From the NCBI RefSeq assembly GCF_963506605.1, contig NC_083282.1:95976001-96040000 (forward strand): DNA of 64,000 bases. Direction: 5' to 3'. Origin of the DNA: Zootoca vivipara (taxonomy: Eukaryota). The notes beneath the pieces are model-generated. The model saw only the letters and a program-made list of their open reading frames with translations. It searched no databases and had not been told where the DNA came from. The stretch's first letter is position 1. Each line of letters begins with the position of its first letter. The translations under genes were made by a program, and so were the position numbers. Positions 12,401 to 27,400 of this stretch are shown piece after piece.

Positions 12401-15400
12401 AGTTGGCCTCCCAACCCCATGTCGTCCCGACCCAGCCAGAGAACCTCTGTCTTCGAAGGATTTAGCTTCAACCGGCTCCCACGTAGCCATCCAGCCACAG
12501 CTTCCAAGCACTTGGTCAGTGTGTCCGGGGCCGAGGCAGGACAGCCATCCATCAACAGATAGATCTGGGTGTCATCAGCATATTGATGACAACCCAGCCC
12601 AAAACTCCGGACAATCTGGGCAAGGGGGCGCATAAAGATATTAAAAAGCATTGGGGAAAGGATTGCACCTTGCGGGACTCCACACACCAAGGAGTGCCGC
12701 AGCGACAACTCCCTCCCTAGCGCCACCCTCTGTCCCCAACCTGAGATAAAGGAGCGCAGCCATTGTTGGACTGCCCTGAATCCCCACGTCGGCAAGGCGG
12801 TCTAAAAGTTCGTGATTGACCATATCGAAGGCTGGTGACAAATCTAAAAGAATCAGTCCCGACCCACCTCGATCCAGCTGTCTACGGAGATCATCTGTTA
12901 AGGCGACCAGAGCTGTCTCGGTCCCATGACCAGGGCGAAAGCCAGACTGAAATGGATCTAGAGCCGATGTTTCATCCAGAAACCTACCAAGCTATTCGGC
13001 AACCGCTCTCTCAATTATCTTACCCAGGTACGGAAGATTCAAAACCGGGCAATAATTGGATAGATCTAAAGGATCTAGAGATGTTTTCTTTAAGAGCAGA
13101 CGCACCACTGCTTCCTTCAATTCCTCTGGGAAAGTCCCTAGACTTTGGGAGAGACTTCAGGGTACCATCATAGATCCAGGCACTTCACTCAAATACGGCT
13201 CTTAGAGTTAGGTGTAGCCCCTTGGACACCTAACAGACCCCATTAAAACCTTTAAGGGAGCCAGGCAAGGGTGCCTTTTGGCCCCCCTACTATTTTTATT
13301 TCAATAACTTAGTAACCGCTCTCAGTAACCCAGAATTCCACCCCACCCCCCCGAGCTAGCAAATCAGCATATTTCGGTTTTGCTTTACGCTGATGATGCG
13401 GTAATTCTATCCAGAACCCCCATTGGGCTCAAAAAAGCATTAAGAAAGCTTGCAGCCTACTGTGAAACGGAATGTCTTAATATAAGCTTACCAAAAGGCC
13501 AAGATTCTTGTTTTCGGGGGGGGGGGGGGGAACCTAAGTTTAGAAGCTGGGAACTTCTGAGGCCATAAACTAGAACAAGTCTCAAACTACTGTATAAGTA
13601 TTTAGGAATGGTGGTCCAGGCTTCAGGATCCAATAAACTACACATAAATTCCATCGGGAGCTCTGAGGAAAAAACAGCAAATTGCAGCCTCAAATTTTTT
13701 AGAACCCAAGGGGGCTTTTTCATCCCCACGGCCCTAAAATTATACAAGGCCAAAACGTTGGCACAGCTCCTATATGGATTCTTTCTGGGCCTGCCATCCT
13801 CTGCTTTCTCCCCCCTCCTCCCCCTTGGATTGGAGTGCAACCCAAACTCCTTAGAGCCCTCCTACAAGTTCCCAGATGCTTATCAAACGCATGGATCAGA
13901 GTAGAAACGGGGATGATGAGAGTGTTATGATCTCTTACTCACAAGTAGGACCCGACTGGCACGTTCTCTCCCTCCTGGTCGATTGTTCGGGAGCCTCAAA
14001 AGCTTTCTCCAGCCTGAACATCACAGCGACTGATGCCAACTGACATCAACACACTTATGGATCTTCAGAGTTTGCGCAATTGCATAACAGGCCTCAGCAA
14101 CACAGCATTTGGCTAATTATGTTTATTTACATATAAACACACATGGAGCACTGCAACATGGCTCCCTCTCTCTCTAGCATCAGGCAGCAAAGAGAAAGAA
14201 CAATTGTCCCACTTCACAGCACACAGTAACACAAACATCCTGTTTCCGTCACGTCCGACTCTGGAATGAAAACGTACACCATCATGTGATAGACAACAAT
14301 CCCATGAATGCAAACACAGGGAATGAATCTCCAATAACCTCCCCCGATTCATGAACCATGTTGCAGTCATCAGTGTAACTGCAACAAACATACAGATGCC
14401 ATACCCACAGTATATCCCTGTATTAACCCTTGGAACTACCTGCAACTGGATTGGCCTTGGGCCTTACCATCTTGCACTTCTTGGCAACATAGCCTTTCTG
14501 ACTATGAGGAAGTCTCACACTTGGCTTTGTTGGGACTTGAACCCTAGCCTTGTTCCTCTCTGAGGAATCAATGTTTTCACACATGGCCTCTGGATGTGAT
14601 TCTGCTTCCTTCTCCAAGGAAACAGTGTCTACCCTTACAGCCTTTGGGTGTGGTTTCCCATCCCTTGAGGACAAACCCTCTACCCCTTTTAAGACTCCGG
14701 GTTTCAAGACCTGTGTCGAGCCACTAACCACAGCTAAATCTGCAACGGCTGTGTTAGCAAACTCCTGAGCATACCTGGTGGGCATTTCATCCCTTGTAGC
14801 TCCTCCTGATCTGCGCACCTGGCACATCTCCACTGTATTAGTGGAACTCACCTCCGTGTTAGCATCAGCAGCAGACTCTGTATCAGAACCTTCCACAGTG
14901 GGGTAGCCTTGGAAAATACCCTTATTTTCCTCCCATACTGCACTGCACTCAACAACCCTAGTGAGTAAAATCAGCTCGGTATGAGGCCTTACCTGTTCAT
15001 GCCTCCATACCACAGGAAGAATCTATGCTCCCTGCCTTGTGACATCTCAACCCACATGTCAGACCCAATCATTGGCATCTTGGCTTTTTCCGGGTTTGCC
15101 TTGTCACTGTCACCATCTCCATTACCAATTGGGTGCCTCTGTGAGATACCCATATTGCCTCCCCCTTTTGCTTTGTCCTGAGCACTGGTACACCTGACCA
15201 TCCTTGTGTCAGACATCAGCAAGCTGGAAGACGCATGCACACATCCTGAATGAAAAAAATTGTTATCAGATGTAATAGCACATGTCTCTCCAACCTTCCC
15301 ACCATCCATAGAATCTTAGAGTTGGAAGAGACCACAAGGGCCATCCAGTCCAACCCCCTGCCAAGCAGGAAACACCATCAAAGCATCCCCCATGTTTAAA

Positions 15401-18400
15401 TCACAACATGGTAAGAACCAGCCATTCCTAGTGTTTAAACACATTAAACATCACAACGTTTCAGCTTTTTAGTTCCATGATCCCTGTGTTATGCACCCCC
15501 AAGGAGTCTCCAACCAACTGTTGGATCAGTTCCTTCTGTGGCGTACACAGTTCCATCTTGCACAAAGGTGTGCCTTCACCTCAGAATCTAGCACAAAAGA
15601 TTCTTGAACCTCAGCACTGGATCAGACTGTCACCAAATCTGCTGAAGCTCTGCATCCCTGGCCTTGCTTCATGTCGCCTGTCAGAAATGCAACAAATGTT
15701 CCTGAGAAGTCCAAACTTCTCAAAGGGCAAACTTTCCACTGCTCTGACCTCAGCAGTGCCACCTGCTGGTTGGAGTGATGATTGGGATGACTTCACAAGT
15801 CACTCCCTTCTCCTTCCGTTCTGGAGAGGGCCCCCCCCCCAACAGGAAACAATGCAATTTAATACCCCAGAGGACACGATAACACTTCAAAATGACCTTC
15901 CTTAACAGATTAGACAACTGGGCCAAAGCAAACAATGTGTCCAACAAATTCCTCACTTGGTCCTTGCCAACAGGGATGAACTGATCAACAAAGTAGAAGT
16001 CTTTGAAACCTTGGGAGGAAGTGATCATGTCCTCTTGGGTTTCAAAATGTAGAGGCAAGGGAAAGTTTGCTCAGACATGCACTCTGGACTTTAAAAAGGC
16101 CGATTTCAAAAAGTTGAAGGAACTACTGTGACATGCCATGGTTGGAAATACTCAGAGATTGGAGCCCAGGATGGATGGGAGTTTCTTAAAGGTGAAATAT
16201 TAAAAGCTTAAATGCAGACAATTCTAACAAGAATTGGATTCTCAGGAACAAGAATTTAAGGGAGAGAAAAACAACAGTGATCTCATTGTGGGAGTTTACT
16301 ATAGATCCCCAAGCCAAACTGAGGACACAGATGATGCCTTCCTGGAACAGATGGCCAAGCATTCCAAAGGAAGTGAGATAGTAGTAATGGGGGATTTCAA
16401 CTATCCTGATATTTGTTGGATGTCAAACTCAGCCAAGAGCATAAGGTCGAACAGATTCCTCACTGGCCTTGCAGACAACTTCATTGTCCAGAAAGTGGGA
16501 GAAGCAACAAGAGGATCAGCCATTTTAGATCTGGTCCTAACCAATAGTGATGACTTGGTTAGTGGGGTAGAAGTGGCAGGATCATTAGGTGGGAGTGACC
16601 ATGCTCTTCTGGAGTTTATTATCCAGCGGAAAGGAGCAACCAAGCATACTAAGGTCCAAATTCTAGACTTTAAGAAAGCCAACTTCAGAAAACTTAGGGA
16701 AACGCTGGGTGAAATCCCATGGACAGTAATACTAAAAGGGAAGGGAGTTTATGATGGTTGGGAGTTTGTTAAAAGGGAGATATTAAAAGCACAACTTCAG
16801 GCAATACCAATGAGACGGAAACATGGAAGGTGCCTAAAGAAGCCAGGCTGGCTATCTAAAGAACTTTTGACTGAGTTAAGATTTAAAAGGGATATGTACA
16901 AAAATGCAAAAAGGGGAAAACCACCAGAGAGGAATTCAAACATATAGCCAGCACGTGTAGAGACAAAGTCAGAAAAGCTAAAGCACAGAATGAACTCAGG
17001 CTCGCTAGAGAGGTTAAAAGCAACAAAAAGGGCTTTTATGGGTATGTCCGTAGCAAAAGGAAAAACAAGGAAACAGTGGGGTCACTCAGAGGAGAAGATG
17101 GTGAAATGCAAACAGGGGACAGAGAAAGGGCAGAACTCCTCAATGCCTTCTTTGCCTCAGTCTTCTCCAAGAAAGAAAACAACGCCCGACCTGAAGAATA
17201 TGGAGCAGATGATTCAGCAGGGGAAACACAGCCCAGAATAAGTAAGGAGGTAGTACAAGAATACTTGGCTAGTTTAGATGTATTCAAGTCTCCAGGGCCA
17301 GATGAACTATATCCAAGAGTATTAAAAGAACTGGCAGAGGTGATTTCAGAACCACTGGCAATAATCTTTGAAAATTCCTGGAGAACAGGCGAAGTTCCAG
17401 CAGACTGGAGGAGGGCAAATGTTGTCCCTATTTTCAAAAAGGGGAAAAGAGAGGACCCAAACAATTACCGCCCAGTCAGCCTGACATCAATACCAGGAAC
17501 GATTCTAGAGCAGATCATTAAGCAAACAGTCTGTGAGCACCTAGAAAGAAACTCTGTGATCACTAAAAGTCAGCATGGGTTCCTGAAAAATAAGTCATGT
17601 CAGACTAATCTGATCTCATTTTTTGACAGAATTACAAGCCTGGTAGATGAAGGGAACGCTGTGGATGTAGCCTATCTTGATTTCAGCAAGGCCTTTGACA
17701 TGGTGCCCCATGATATTCTTGTAAAGAAGCTGGTAAAATGTGGACTAGACAATGCTACCATTCAGTGGATTTGTAACTGGCTTACTGACCGAACCCAAAG
17801 GGTGCTCATCAATGGCTCCTCCTCATCCTGGAGAGTAGTGACTAGTGGGGTGCCACAGGGTTCTGTCTTGGTGCCCAGTCTTGTTCAACATCTTTATCAA
17901 TGACTTGGATGATGGGCTTGAGGGCATCCTGAGCAAGTTTGCAGATGACACCAAATTGGGAGGGGTGGCTAACACCCCAGAGGACAGGATCACACTTCAA
18001 AATGACCTTAATAGATTAGACAACTGGGCCAAAGCAAACAAGATGAATTTTAACAAGGAGAAATGTAAAGTACTACACTTGGGCAAAAAAAAATGAAAGG
18101 CACAAATACAGGATGGGAGACACCTGGCTTGAGAGCAGTACATGTGAAAAGGATCTAGGAGTCTTGGTAGACCACAAACTTGACATGAGTCAGCAGTGTG
18201 ATGCAGCAGCTAAAAAAGCCAATGCAATTCTGGGCTGCATCAATAGGAGTATAGCATCTAGATCAAGGGAAGTAATAGTACCACTGTATTCTGCTCTGGT
18301 CAGACCTCACCTGGAGTACTGTGTCCAGTTCTGGGCACCACAGTTCAAGAAGGATACTGATAAGCTGGAACGTGTCCAGAAGAGGGCAACCAAAATGGTC

Positions 18401-21400
18401 AAAGGCCTGGAAACGATGCCTTATGAGGAACGGCTTAGGGAGCTGGGTATGTTTAGCCTGGAGAAGAGAAGGTTAAGGGGTGATATGATAACCATGTTCA
18501 AATATATAAAAGGATGTCATATAGAGGAGGGAGAAAGGTTGTTTTCTGCTGCTCCAGAGAAGCGGACACGGAGCAACGGATTCAAACTACAAGAAAGAAA
18601 ATTCCACCTAAACATTAGGAAGAACTTCCTGACAGTAAGAGCTGTTCGGCAGTGGAATTTGCTGCCAAGGAGTGTGGTGGAGTCTCCTTCTTTGGAGGTC
18701 TTTAAGCAGAGGCTTGACAGCCATCTGTCAGGAATGCTTTGATGGTGTTTCCTGCTTGGCAGGGGGTTGGACTGGATGGCCCTTGTGGTCTCTTCCAACT
18801 CTATGATTCTATGATTCTATGGATGCAGAATGAGCTCACAGATGAGTTGAAATTTGAGAAGGGAAGAAAGGAAAGAATGGAGGAGGAGTATATACAAGTA
18901 GCCAACAGTTGCAGGGTGAATGTCAGATGGGCTAAAGCTCAGAATGAACTCAAGTTTGCAAGAGAGATTTAAAAAGGTGTTTGGGTTTTTTTTGGCTGTG
19001 TTCGAAGCAAGAGGAACAATCAAGTGGCAGGTCCTCTGTGTGGAGAAGTTGGAGAAGTGCTGTTGGATGAGAGAGAAGGCAAATGTCAGAGAAGTTCCTT
19101 CACTGACAGCAGAACTGCTCAACGCTTCCTTTACTTCTTTCTTCACCCAAAAGAAAATCAATGCCCAACCTAGTGATAGCATGATAAGTGAAGGGAGGGA
19201 GGGAGGAGTTGCAGCCCAAGATAGGAAAAGAGATGGTAAGAGCATCATAGCAACGTTAAATGCCTTCAGATCTCCAGGGACTGATGAGCAGCACCCAAGG
19301 GTACTAATGGAGCTTGCAGATTTAATCTCGGAGCCTCGATAATCTTTGAGAATTCTTTGGAGTTGTCATTCATGAATGTCTGGCATGCCACAGGTCTAAA
19401 GTGCAAAATACATCTTTGGATTTTGAGTTTCTTGACAGCATTTTGGGGCTCACTATGGTGCTGGAGGAGACTCTTGAGAGTCCCATGGACTGCAAGAAGA
19501 TCAAACCTATCCATTCTGAAGGAAATCAGCCCCGAGTGCTCACTGGAAGGACAGATCGTGAAGCTGAGGCTCCAATACTTTGGCCACCTCATGAGAAGAG
19601 AAGACTTCCTGGAAAAGACCCTGATGTTGGGAAAGATGGAGGGCGCAGGGAGAAGGGGACGACAGAGGACGAGATGGCTGGACAGTGTTCTTGAAGCTAC
19701 AAACATGAGTTTGACCAAACTGCGGGAGGCAGTGGAAGACGAGTGCTTGGTGTGCTCTGGTCCATGGGGTCACGAAGAGTCGGACACGACTATACGACTA
19801 AACAACAACAATGTTGATCTAGTATTTCTTCAGGTGAAATTTTGGAACAGAAACATGCAGATTCGGCACAGAAACCACCAGGACCCAAGCAGACCCTTCA
19901 CAACACGTCTTTTGGGAACATATCCCTGTGCTCACACACCAGAGCTCCGCAAAGCCCTCTGTGGACTTAAAGGGAGCATCTGCTGTTACACAAAGGCTCT
20001 CCACTGTGACTTCCCTAGACTCTTGTGGGAGTTAACATTTCTTATGGGTATCTGCTGGATCCCTTCCCCTGTCCCAACTTTTCCTTGTGCTCTCTTGATA
20101 AAGGCTTCAGAGCATCCAGGTGGCTGTGCTTGGGATCATGGAACTCTGGGGCTCTAATGTATCAATAAAAGCATTGGCTGGGTTCATTTCTCATAGACAG
20201 GAGGGGAAGGGTTCAATCTTCCTGTCACGGAACCCCTAGATTAAATGTTATAGCACTACAGCTACTGAATTGATCTTCTGTGGGCTGCAACCTCTGTAGA
20301 GATTCATTCTAACTCATTAGGAGGCAATTTTGACTCAGTGTCATTTTTACATGCCAGAGACGGAAGATGTGACTGCTTCAAGCAGGGCAGATAGCCTGCT
20401 CCTTGTGAGAGTCCCTTTGACATGTCAGATGCCGGTGGCAGCGCACACAAGTGCCTGGCTGGAGGCTTAAACCACTTGTGTCCTGCTTTGTGTGTTGCCA
20501 GCTCCAGGAGAAACAGGAAGAGCTTGAGAATTTGATGAACGCTATCTTCAAGGGGGTCTTCATTCACCGCTATCGGTGAGTTGGGGTGAGGGCAAGTTCA
20601 GCTAGAGCAGGGACCAGTGAACTATGCTGTCCGTCTTAACACTTTCTTCGTTATTTGCTTGTCAAGGGACCTTATGCCTGAAATCCGTGCCATTTGCATT
20701 GAAGAGATGGGCCAGTGGATAGAGCATTACAGCAACTCCTTCCTGACTGACAGCTATCTCAAGTACATTGGCTGGACGCTACATGACAAGGTAGGTAGGT
20801 AGGTAGATGGAAGAAGGTGGGTGTTGCATCCAGCGGGGCGTACAATAGTTCAGAGGAAAAACTTAACAACTTGCTGTTTTGCCATATGAAGCTTTCAGGT
20901 AGAAGTTACTTGACTTAGGACAGCTGTCTTGGAGTCCTTTGAAGTCAAGGCTCCTTAAAACCCATTGAAACAAAATTTAACTAAGATTGCAGGCTTGTTT
21001 AGGTGACTATAAGAATCTGTGGTTATACTAGTTACTTGTTCATCAGTGTAGATAGTGCAGGTAATATTCTTAGTTGGTTCTGTGAAAGTAGAAACATGTC
21101 TGTGAAAGTTGAGGTTCTCCTGGGAGAATGTCCACCTTAGGGTCTGGCCTTGCTGATCTCTCTTGAAGAAGCCCAAGGAGCTGGCCTGGCAGCTGCTAGT
21201 CTCTTGCTTCTAATCTCCTCCTGTTTGTCTTGCAGCAGGGGGAGGTCCGGCTCAAGTGCCTGCTTGCTCTGCAAGGACTGTATCGCAGCCAGGAGAGGGC
21301 TGCTCGCATGGAGCTCTTCACCAGCCGTTTCAAGGTAAGGGTCTTGACCTAAGAATGCTGTCAGCTGGATGTCTTCCACACCTTCTTGGCCTTCCTCTGT

Positions 21401-24400
21401 TCCTGGACCTTCTGCTGTGGGGTCCTTGTATCTGTGCGTTGCTCCCCTGCCCAATGCCTGCGCTCTTCCCTGCAGGAGCGAATGGTGTCCATGGTCCTGG
21501 ACAAGGAGCCCCAGGTGGCAGTGGAAGCTGTCAGGCTGCTCACCCTCATCTTTCAGTAAGTGTTGTCAGGGTGGGGGGGATGCTAGGGCCTGAGCCCCTT
21601 GGATCCCCTCCCCCCAAGTCCATAGTGTGCACACAGGAAACTTCCTTGGTCCAGTCAATGCAGTGTTGGCTGCGCTGACAAGCAAGCCGCCTCCAGGGTT
21701 GGGTCAAGGTCTTTCTCAGCCCTGCCTGGGACCTTTGCATGCAGGGCATGTGCTCTGCCACTGAGCTCCAGCCACGGCCCACTGATTAGTGGATGCTTGA
21801 TCTCCGTTCAGGAATATGGATGACGTGCTTACAGACTTGGATTGTGCAAGCGTCTTTCCACTTGTGTATGCTTCTAGCCATCCTCTTGCAGCAGCCGCTG
21901 GTGAATTCTTATATAACAAGTGAGTGTGTCCCCCCCTCTACCCCCCCTCCCCAGAACTGCAGCATCTCAAGCAGAAGACCAGCTTGTTTTTTCATCTATC
22001 TTGTAAATCATGTGTTTTGCTGCAATCAAGCGGTCTATAAATTTTATTAAATAAACGAGACTTGCTCCTGCTCTGCTGCCTCTTACAAGCCTTCCTGCAG
22101 AATCCTTGATTCCATCTCCCCTTTCTTAACAATAGCGGTTTGGCCCCTAGGTTGTTGGCTCCCACCTTGTGTGCCAGGGGGATGGCAGGGAAGCAGCGCA
22201 CCCGAGCCGCCTTCCAGCTGCTGCTGGCCTTTTCCATTGAGAGTGAGGTGAGGCAGCCGGGGGGGCAGGGGGAGAGACCTTCCCAGGCAGGGGCATGACA
22301 TTGCTCTCCCCACACAGTTCCACGACCATGCCAGCTACCTGGTGGACAGCCTGTGGGACTGTGCGGCTGCCTTGCTGAAGGACTGGCAGCTGCTGACTGG
22401 GCTGCTGCTGGAGGAACCCCCTGCGGAAGGTGAGGAACAGGGGGGGGGGCTGAAGGGACACCTGGAAGCAGTGATGAGCATTGACATCTCTGCCCAGCTT
22501 GCACAAGTGATGGGGGGGGGGGAAGGTTGGCTCTTGCTGGGCACGTCTGCAAGTGAAGTGTCTAAGGTGAAAGCTTTCAATCTGGTGTGGTCCAGGATCC
22601 ACCCAGCTCTTCAGTGATCAGCTCACAATTGCAAGGTCTGAGTAGAATAATGGAAGGGGAGGGGTTACCTCAGATTGGGCGCCTGCTTGTCATTTTTAGT
22701 ATCGCCTGGACACATTCCTAGCAGGTACATATCCAGCCCTCCTTTGGCTGCTTCCAAAGGCACCAGGGGAGGAGGCGGAGTCATTTGCATGTTGGCAGTT
22801 TTAAGCAGTTTCTCTGGCTGTGAAGAGATTCAGGAGCAGCTTTCAGTCTAGTTGCCTATTTTTTACCTTCACACAAGTCGAGATGGAGAAATAATGGCTG
22901 CTGGTGAAATGAAACCTCTCCTTCGAGACTTCTCACAGGGTAGGCTAAAGTTGGAGTGGGGAACATACAAGGTGGTGAACTACAACTCCCATCAGCCCTA
23001 GCAGGCGTGGCAGATGACCAGGGATGATGGAAGCTGCAGTTCACCAATGTTGAGGTGGGTTTAAAGGGCAGCCCAGACACGGACCGTGTATGAGGTGCAC
23101 AGTGTGGAACAACTACATTGCACAGGCCAGCAAAGGGCCTGCAGAACTCGCTCCCTGGCTCAGCTGCTGCCTTGTTCCACAGGCCTCGGAGACCGAGAGG
23201 AGAACAGCCTCATCATGTTCTTGGCAGCCAGTGTGCGGCAGGCCACAGAGGGGCAGCCACCTGTCGGTCGGATCTCTGGGAAGAAGGTAAAGGAAGGGTC
23301 GGGGTGGCCGCCTGAGGTGTTCTCAGCTCCGCTTCTACCCTCCACTGGGCTATGCTTCCCATTCTTTCTGCTCTGCAAGGTGCTTTCTGCTCGGGAGCGG
23401 AAGGTGCAAGTGGAGGATCGCCTCAGACTCACCCAGCACCTCATCCCCCTGCTGCCCCTGCTGCTGGCTAAGGTGAGCCCTGTGAGGGGTGGGGGGGCAT
23501 GGAAGCATTCTGGGGTGACTGACATGTCCCTCCCCCTTGGGGTCTGGGTTCATGGGACTTGACATTCTTGGCTTCTGCAAATGCAGACTAGATGGTTTCC
23601 CTTGCCCTGGGCAGTGCCTTCCTGTTCATGTCCCCTCTTGGCTATGTGGGAGCCTGAATGTTCCTTCTCTCTGCTCCCTTTGGCCAGTTCTCAGCTGATG
23701 CCGAAAAAGTGGTTTATCTGTTGGAGGTCCCGTGCTACTTTGACCTGACTCTTTACAGCAGTGGCCGTCTGGAAAAGGTGAGGGAGCCCTGCGCCTGCCC
23801 CCTCCCTTCGCCAGACCAGGGCTTGGGTGTGGGGCTGGGCCTGCCCTCTCCCCCTAGAGAAGCCTGTCCCGAGCTGCCAACCAACCAGGCTGCTGCCCTT
23901 CTGCCAAGCATTTAGAGCTGCTGCTGGCCCAGCTGTGGGAGGTGATGGAAAAGCACACAGACTGTGAAGTGCTGGAGGCTACTTCCAGGACTCTGCACAT
24001 GCTCTGCTCTCCAGAACTGGCTTTCTACAGCCGTGCAGATTTTGCCCGCAGTCGTCTGGTGGACCATCTGGCGGATAAATTCCAACATGAGGCGACTGAA
24101 CTGTTCCAGGTACAGAGCGCTGGTGGCCATGGCAGCTTGGAATGGTCAGTGGGAAGGCAGTGGCCAGGCCACAGGTGGAGGTGCCTGGGAATGTGGGGCT
24201 GGTGGCTGGGCTAGGCAGTGCATGTATGGAGCAATGCTTTTCCTTCATTTCTCCCTCCTCCACATAGGAGACTGTAAGAGGGTTGAGGTGCTGGGTTGCT
24301 TTCCTGCTTCACTGTCATTGCAGTCCATGGAAGGCCAAAAGACTGCAATGATCAAGGAGGAGGAGAAACGGCCATGGTCAATGAGGTTTTCTTTCTCTTG

Positions 24401-27400
24401 GTTCCTGTTCAGTCCCCCTGCTGTCTGGAGAATGAAGATGTATACCGTGTGGCTGCCACTCTCAAACGCATTGCCATCCTGCACAGGTGAGCACAGGGAG
24501 GAGGGAGAGAACCAGGCAGTTCTGTTGTTCTGCAGGCCCCATCCTAGCTAGCATCCCAGCCCAAGGCTTTTAGACCCTCCCTCTGCTGCTCTGGAGCAGC
24601 CCCATGCTGCTTCTGTTGCATGGAAGGAAGAGGCAAGGACTGTCTTTTGCTTTTTTGTCTGCAGTGCTCATGACCTGACCCCGTGGAATTTCTTTGACCC
24701 CTGCATCCGATTCCTGCACCACACGGTGGACACAGAGGAGATCCCCAAGCAGGTACTGCAGGGTTGCAGGGAGAGTGGCTTGAACTGACGAGTGCCCTGG
24801 AAAAGTGGAGATGAACATAGGCACATGTGCCCACAGTTGCATGCCTGTGTCGTCTCACTGTTGCTACCACATCCTACTCCCTTCCCCCATTTTTGGGGGT
24901 GGGTACAGCCTTGCAGCTGCAGAGTGGAAGGTTCCTCACCACCCCAAATATTCTTGATCTTGCTTTGGCTGCTTCCATATCTGCCTGACTTCCTTCGTTG
25001 CAGGTGGTCATCTCTGCCATATCCTGTTCATACTTCTCACTCTATTGGGAGCTGTACCACCTCTGTGCCGCCGCCACAGCCTCTGACCCTCTTCCCAGAC
25101 AGGTGAGCAGGGCTTTTAAGAGCGGGTGGGTCTCCCTTTGCACCACCACACACTCATGAGACCACTCCTCCTTCCAGGAGCAACTGCTCAGCCTGAAGGG
25201 AAAAGTGGCTTCCTTCTGCTCCCTCTGTCAGAACTACCTTGTGGACATGGACCCCGGTGTTCAGCAGCAGGTGAGAGCAGCAGACAGGGTTCCTGTGTTC
25301 CCTATGGGAGTTGGGATTCTGGCTCTTGCCAACTTCGTGAAACACTCAAAAGAGCCGGGCTTCTTCTGTTGGCCACAAGGATGCTTGCTCATCTCTTGTT
25401 CACATTCTCCCTTCACAACATGAGAGAGATAAGTTGCCAAATCTTACAACCCCTTCCTTCTTATTCATATGGGTACAAGCACCACTGCCACACAACTACA
25501 GCATATAGCAAAGGACTCTTGATACTCTGGGCAGGAAACCTTGGGGTGCAGGTGGTCTTTTCATCATTCCTTCCTGTTGAAGGCTGTGGCCCCCCCAAAG
25601 GGAAATACTGGAGGCCAACCACTGGCCGTGCGGGTAATGTCAGGAAGGGTTTGGCATCTTGGATCATGGTCTCCACTTCTTGAGGAAAGACTTCTGGCAA
25701 GAGATGGGCTGCACCTCACAGAATGTGTTTGCTAAGAGTCTCACAAACCTGATCAGGAGATCTTTAAACTAGATCCTGAGAGGGAGACAACATTACAGTC
25801 AGAACACCAGTTACTGGGGACAATAACTTCATTGATGGGTAGGAGACTGAGCGGTGCTCCAGAAACCTGCTAAAGGGCAAGAAACTACAAGAAGGAACGA
25901 CGCATGGTTTCATTTGTTGCATGGCTTGGCCTTGTGCAGCTGATTTGGGGTTGGGGTTTGGGGGGTTGGGAGGCAGCAGCCCCAGGCAGGAGTCATGGAG
26001 GAGGAGAGGCATTGATTTCTTGCCCCAGCCACAACTGTAATGCAGTGGACAAGGAAGAGGCTACTTCTCCCCTTTGCGTGCCCAGAGGAGGGGCGTACAG
26101 AAACAAGGCAGTGTGTCCCTGCTTGCTGCCATTTTCCTTCCCCCTCCCCCATTTTCTAGGACTTGCTCGTGAATTGTGTGATGTCCCTTCCTGCCCCCTC
26201 ACTTTCTGTCTCTGGTTTCCCTGCCAGGCCTTTGTGGTGCTGACTGACCTGCTCATTATTTTCGGCCCTCAACTGCCGTATGGGGGCCACCGCCTTCTCC
26301 GGGAGCTGGTGTACGAGCCGGATGTTGCTTTGCAGTCGCAGCTGGCTGGCTTCCTTGTGGACCACGTCTTCAACCATGACCAGGTTGAAGGTACTGGGCC
26401 GGGCCCATGAAGCCACTGGCTGCAGGAGGGCAGGGGTCCCTGTGCAGAGCACCCTCACCCACCCTCACCCACCCTTCCCCTTGTTGGTCGCAGGCAGCCA
26501 GGATGAGATGCTCCAGATCGAGCAACTGCACCAGCGCCGCAAGCTGCTGGCCGGATTCTGCAAGCTCATTATCTACGGAGTCCTGGAGCTGAGTGCTGCC
26601 TCAGACATCTTCAAGCATTACTCCAAGGTGGGGGGGGGGCGGATGTGCCCAGGCTCTTGGCTCTGACATGGGTCCCCTTCCTCTTGCTCAGCGATGTTGC
26701 TGGACAGCTGGTTGGGTGCCAGATTAGCCAGCAAGGCCCCAAGAGATGCACGACAGCTGGTCCTCCATGTGCAGCTCTGGTGGGCTGCGGTTTGGGGGGG
26801 ATGTGCTTTCGGCATTACCTGGGGCTGTAATGCACAGCAGCTGCCTGGTGGTAGAGGATGGGGACCTTCTCCCAGGCTCCCAAGGGATTCTTTTCCCACC
26901 CTGAGGATGGGGAATATGTGTTACAGTTCAAAAGATCGCAGGCTCAGGGTACAAGTGCAAAGCATTAGGCACATAGCCAGAAGCACACTGAACTCGGATG
27001 ATCAGGCAGCAGCAGATTTTAAAGACCCTATTTCCTCACCCAAAGTCTCACCACTACTCAGGAGGCTGGTCGGGCCTGGCTGGGGGCGTTCTGTGGGCAG
27101 GGGTTCAATTCTGGCTAGCTTTGTGCAGCATCCACCTGGGGACAAACCCTGAGGTTCTCTGTTCTACATGATGGTCAGCAGAGGACTGTCATAATAGCTG
27201 TCTTTGACCCAGTCTTTCTGGCATCCTAGCAGATGGCACTGTTGGTTATACAGTGGTTCCACTCCTTCCTCCTGGGCAGATGGCTGGGAAAGGTTCCTGT
27301 CACAGTGGCCGGAGCGGGCTACTTCAGAGTAACGATTCTACACAGCTCTGCATTTTATTCTTTTATTGGTGCTGCGTATTTACAGTGCTGAAGTCATTGC

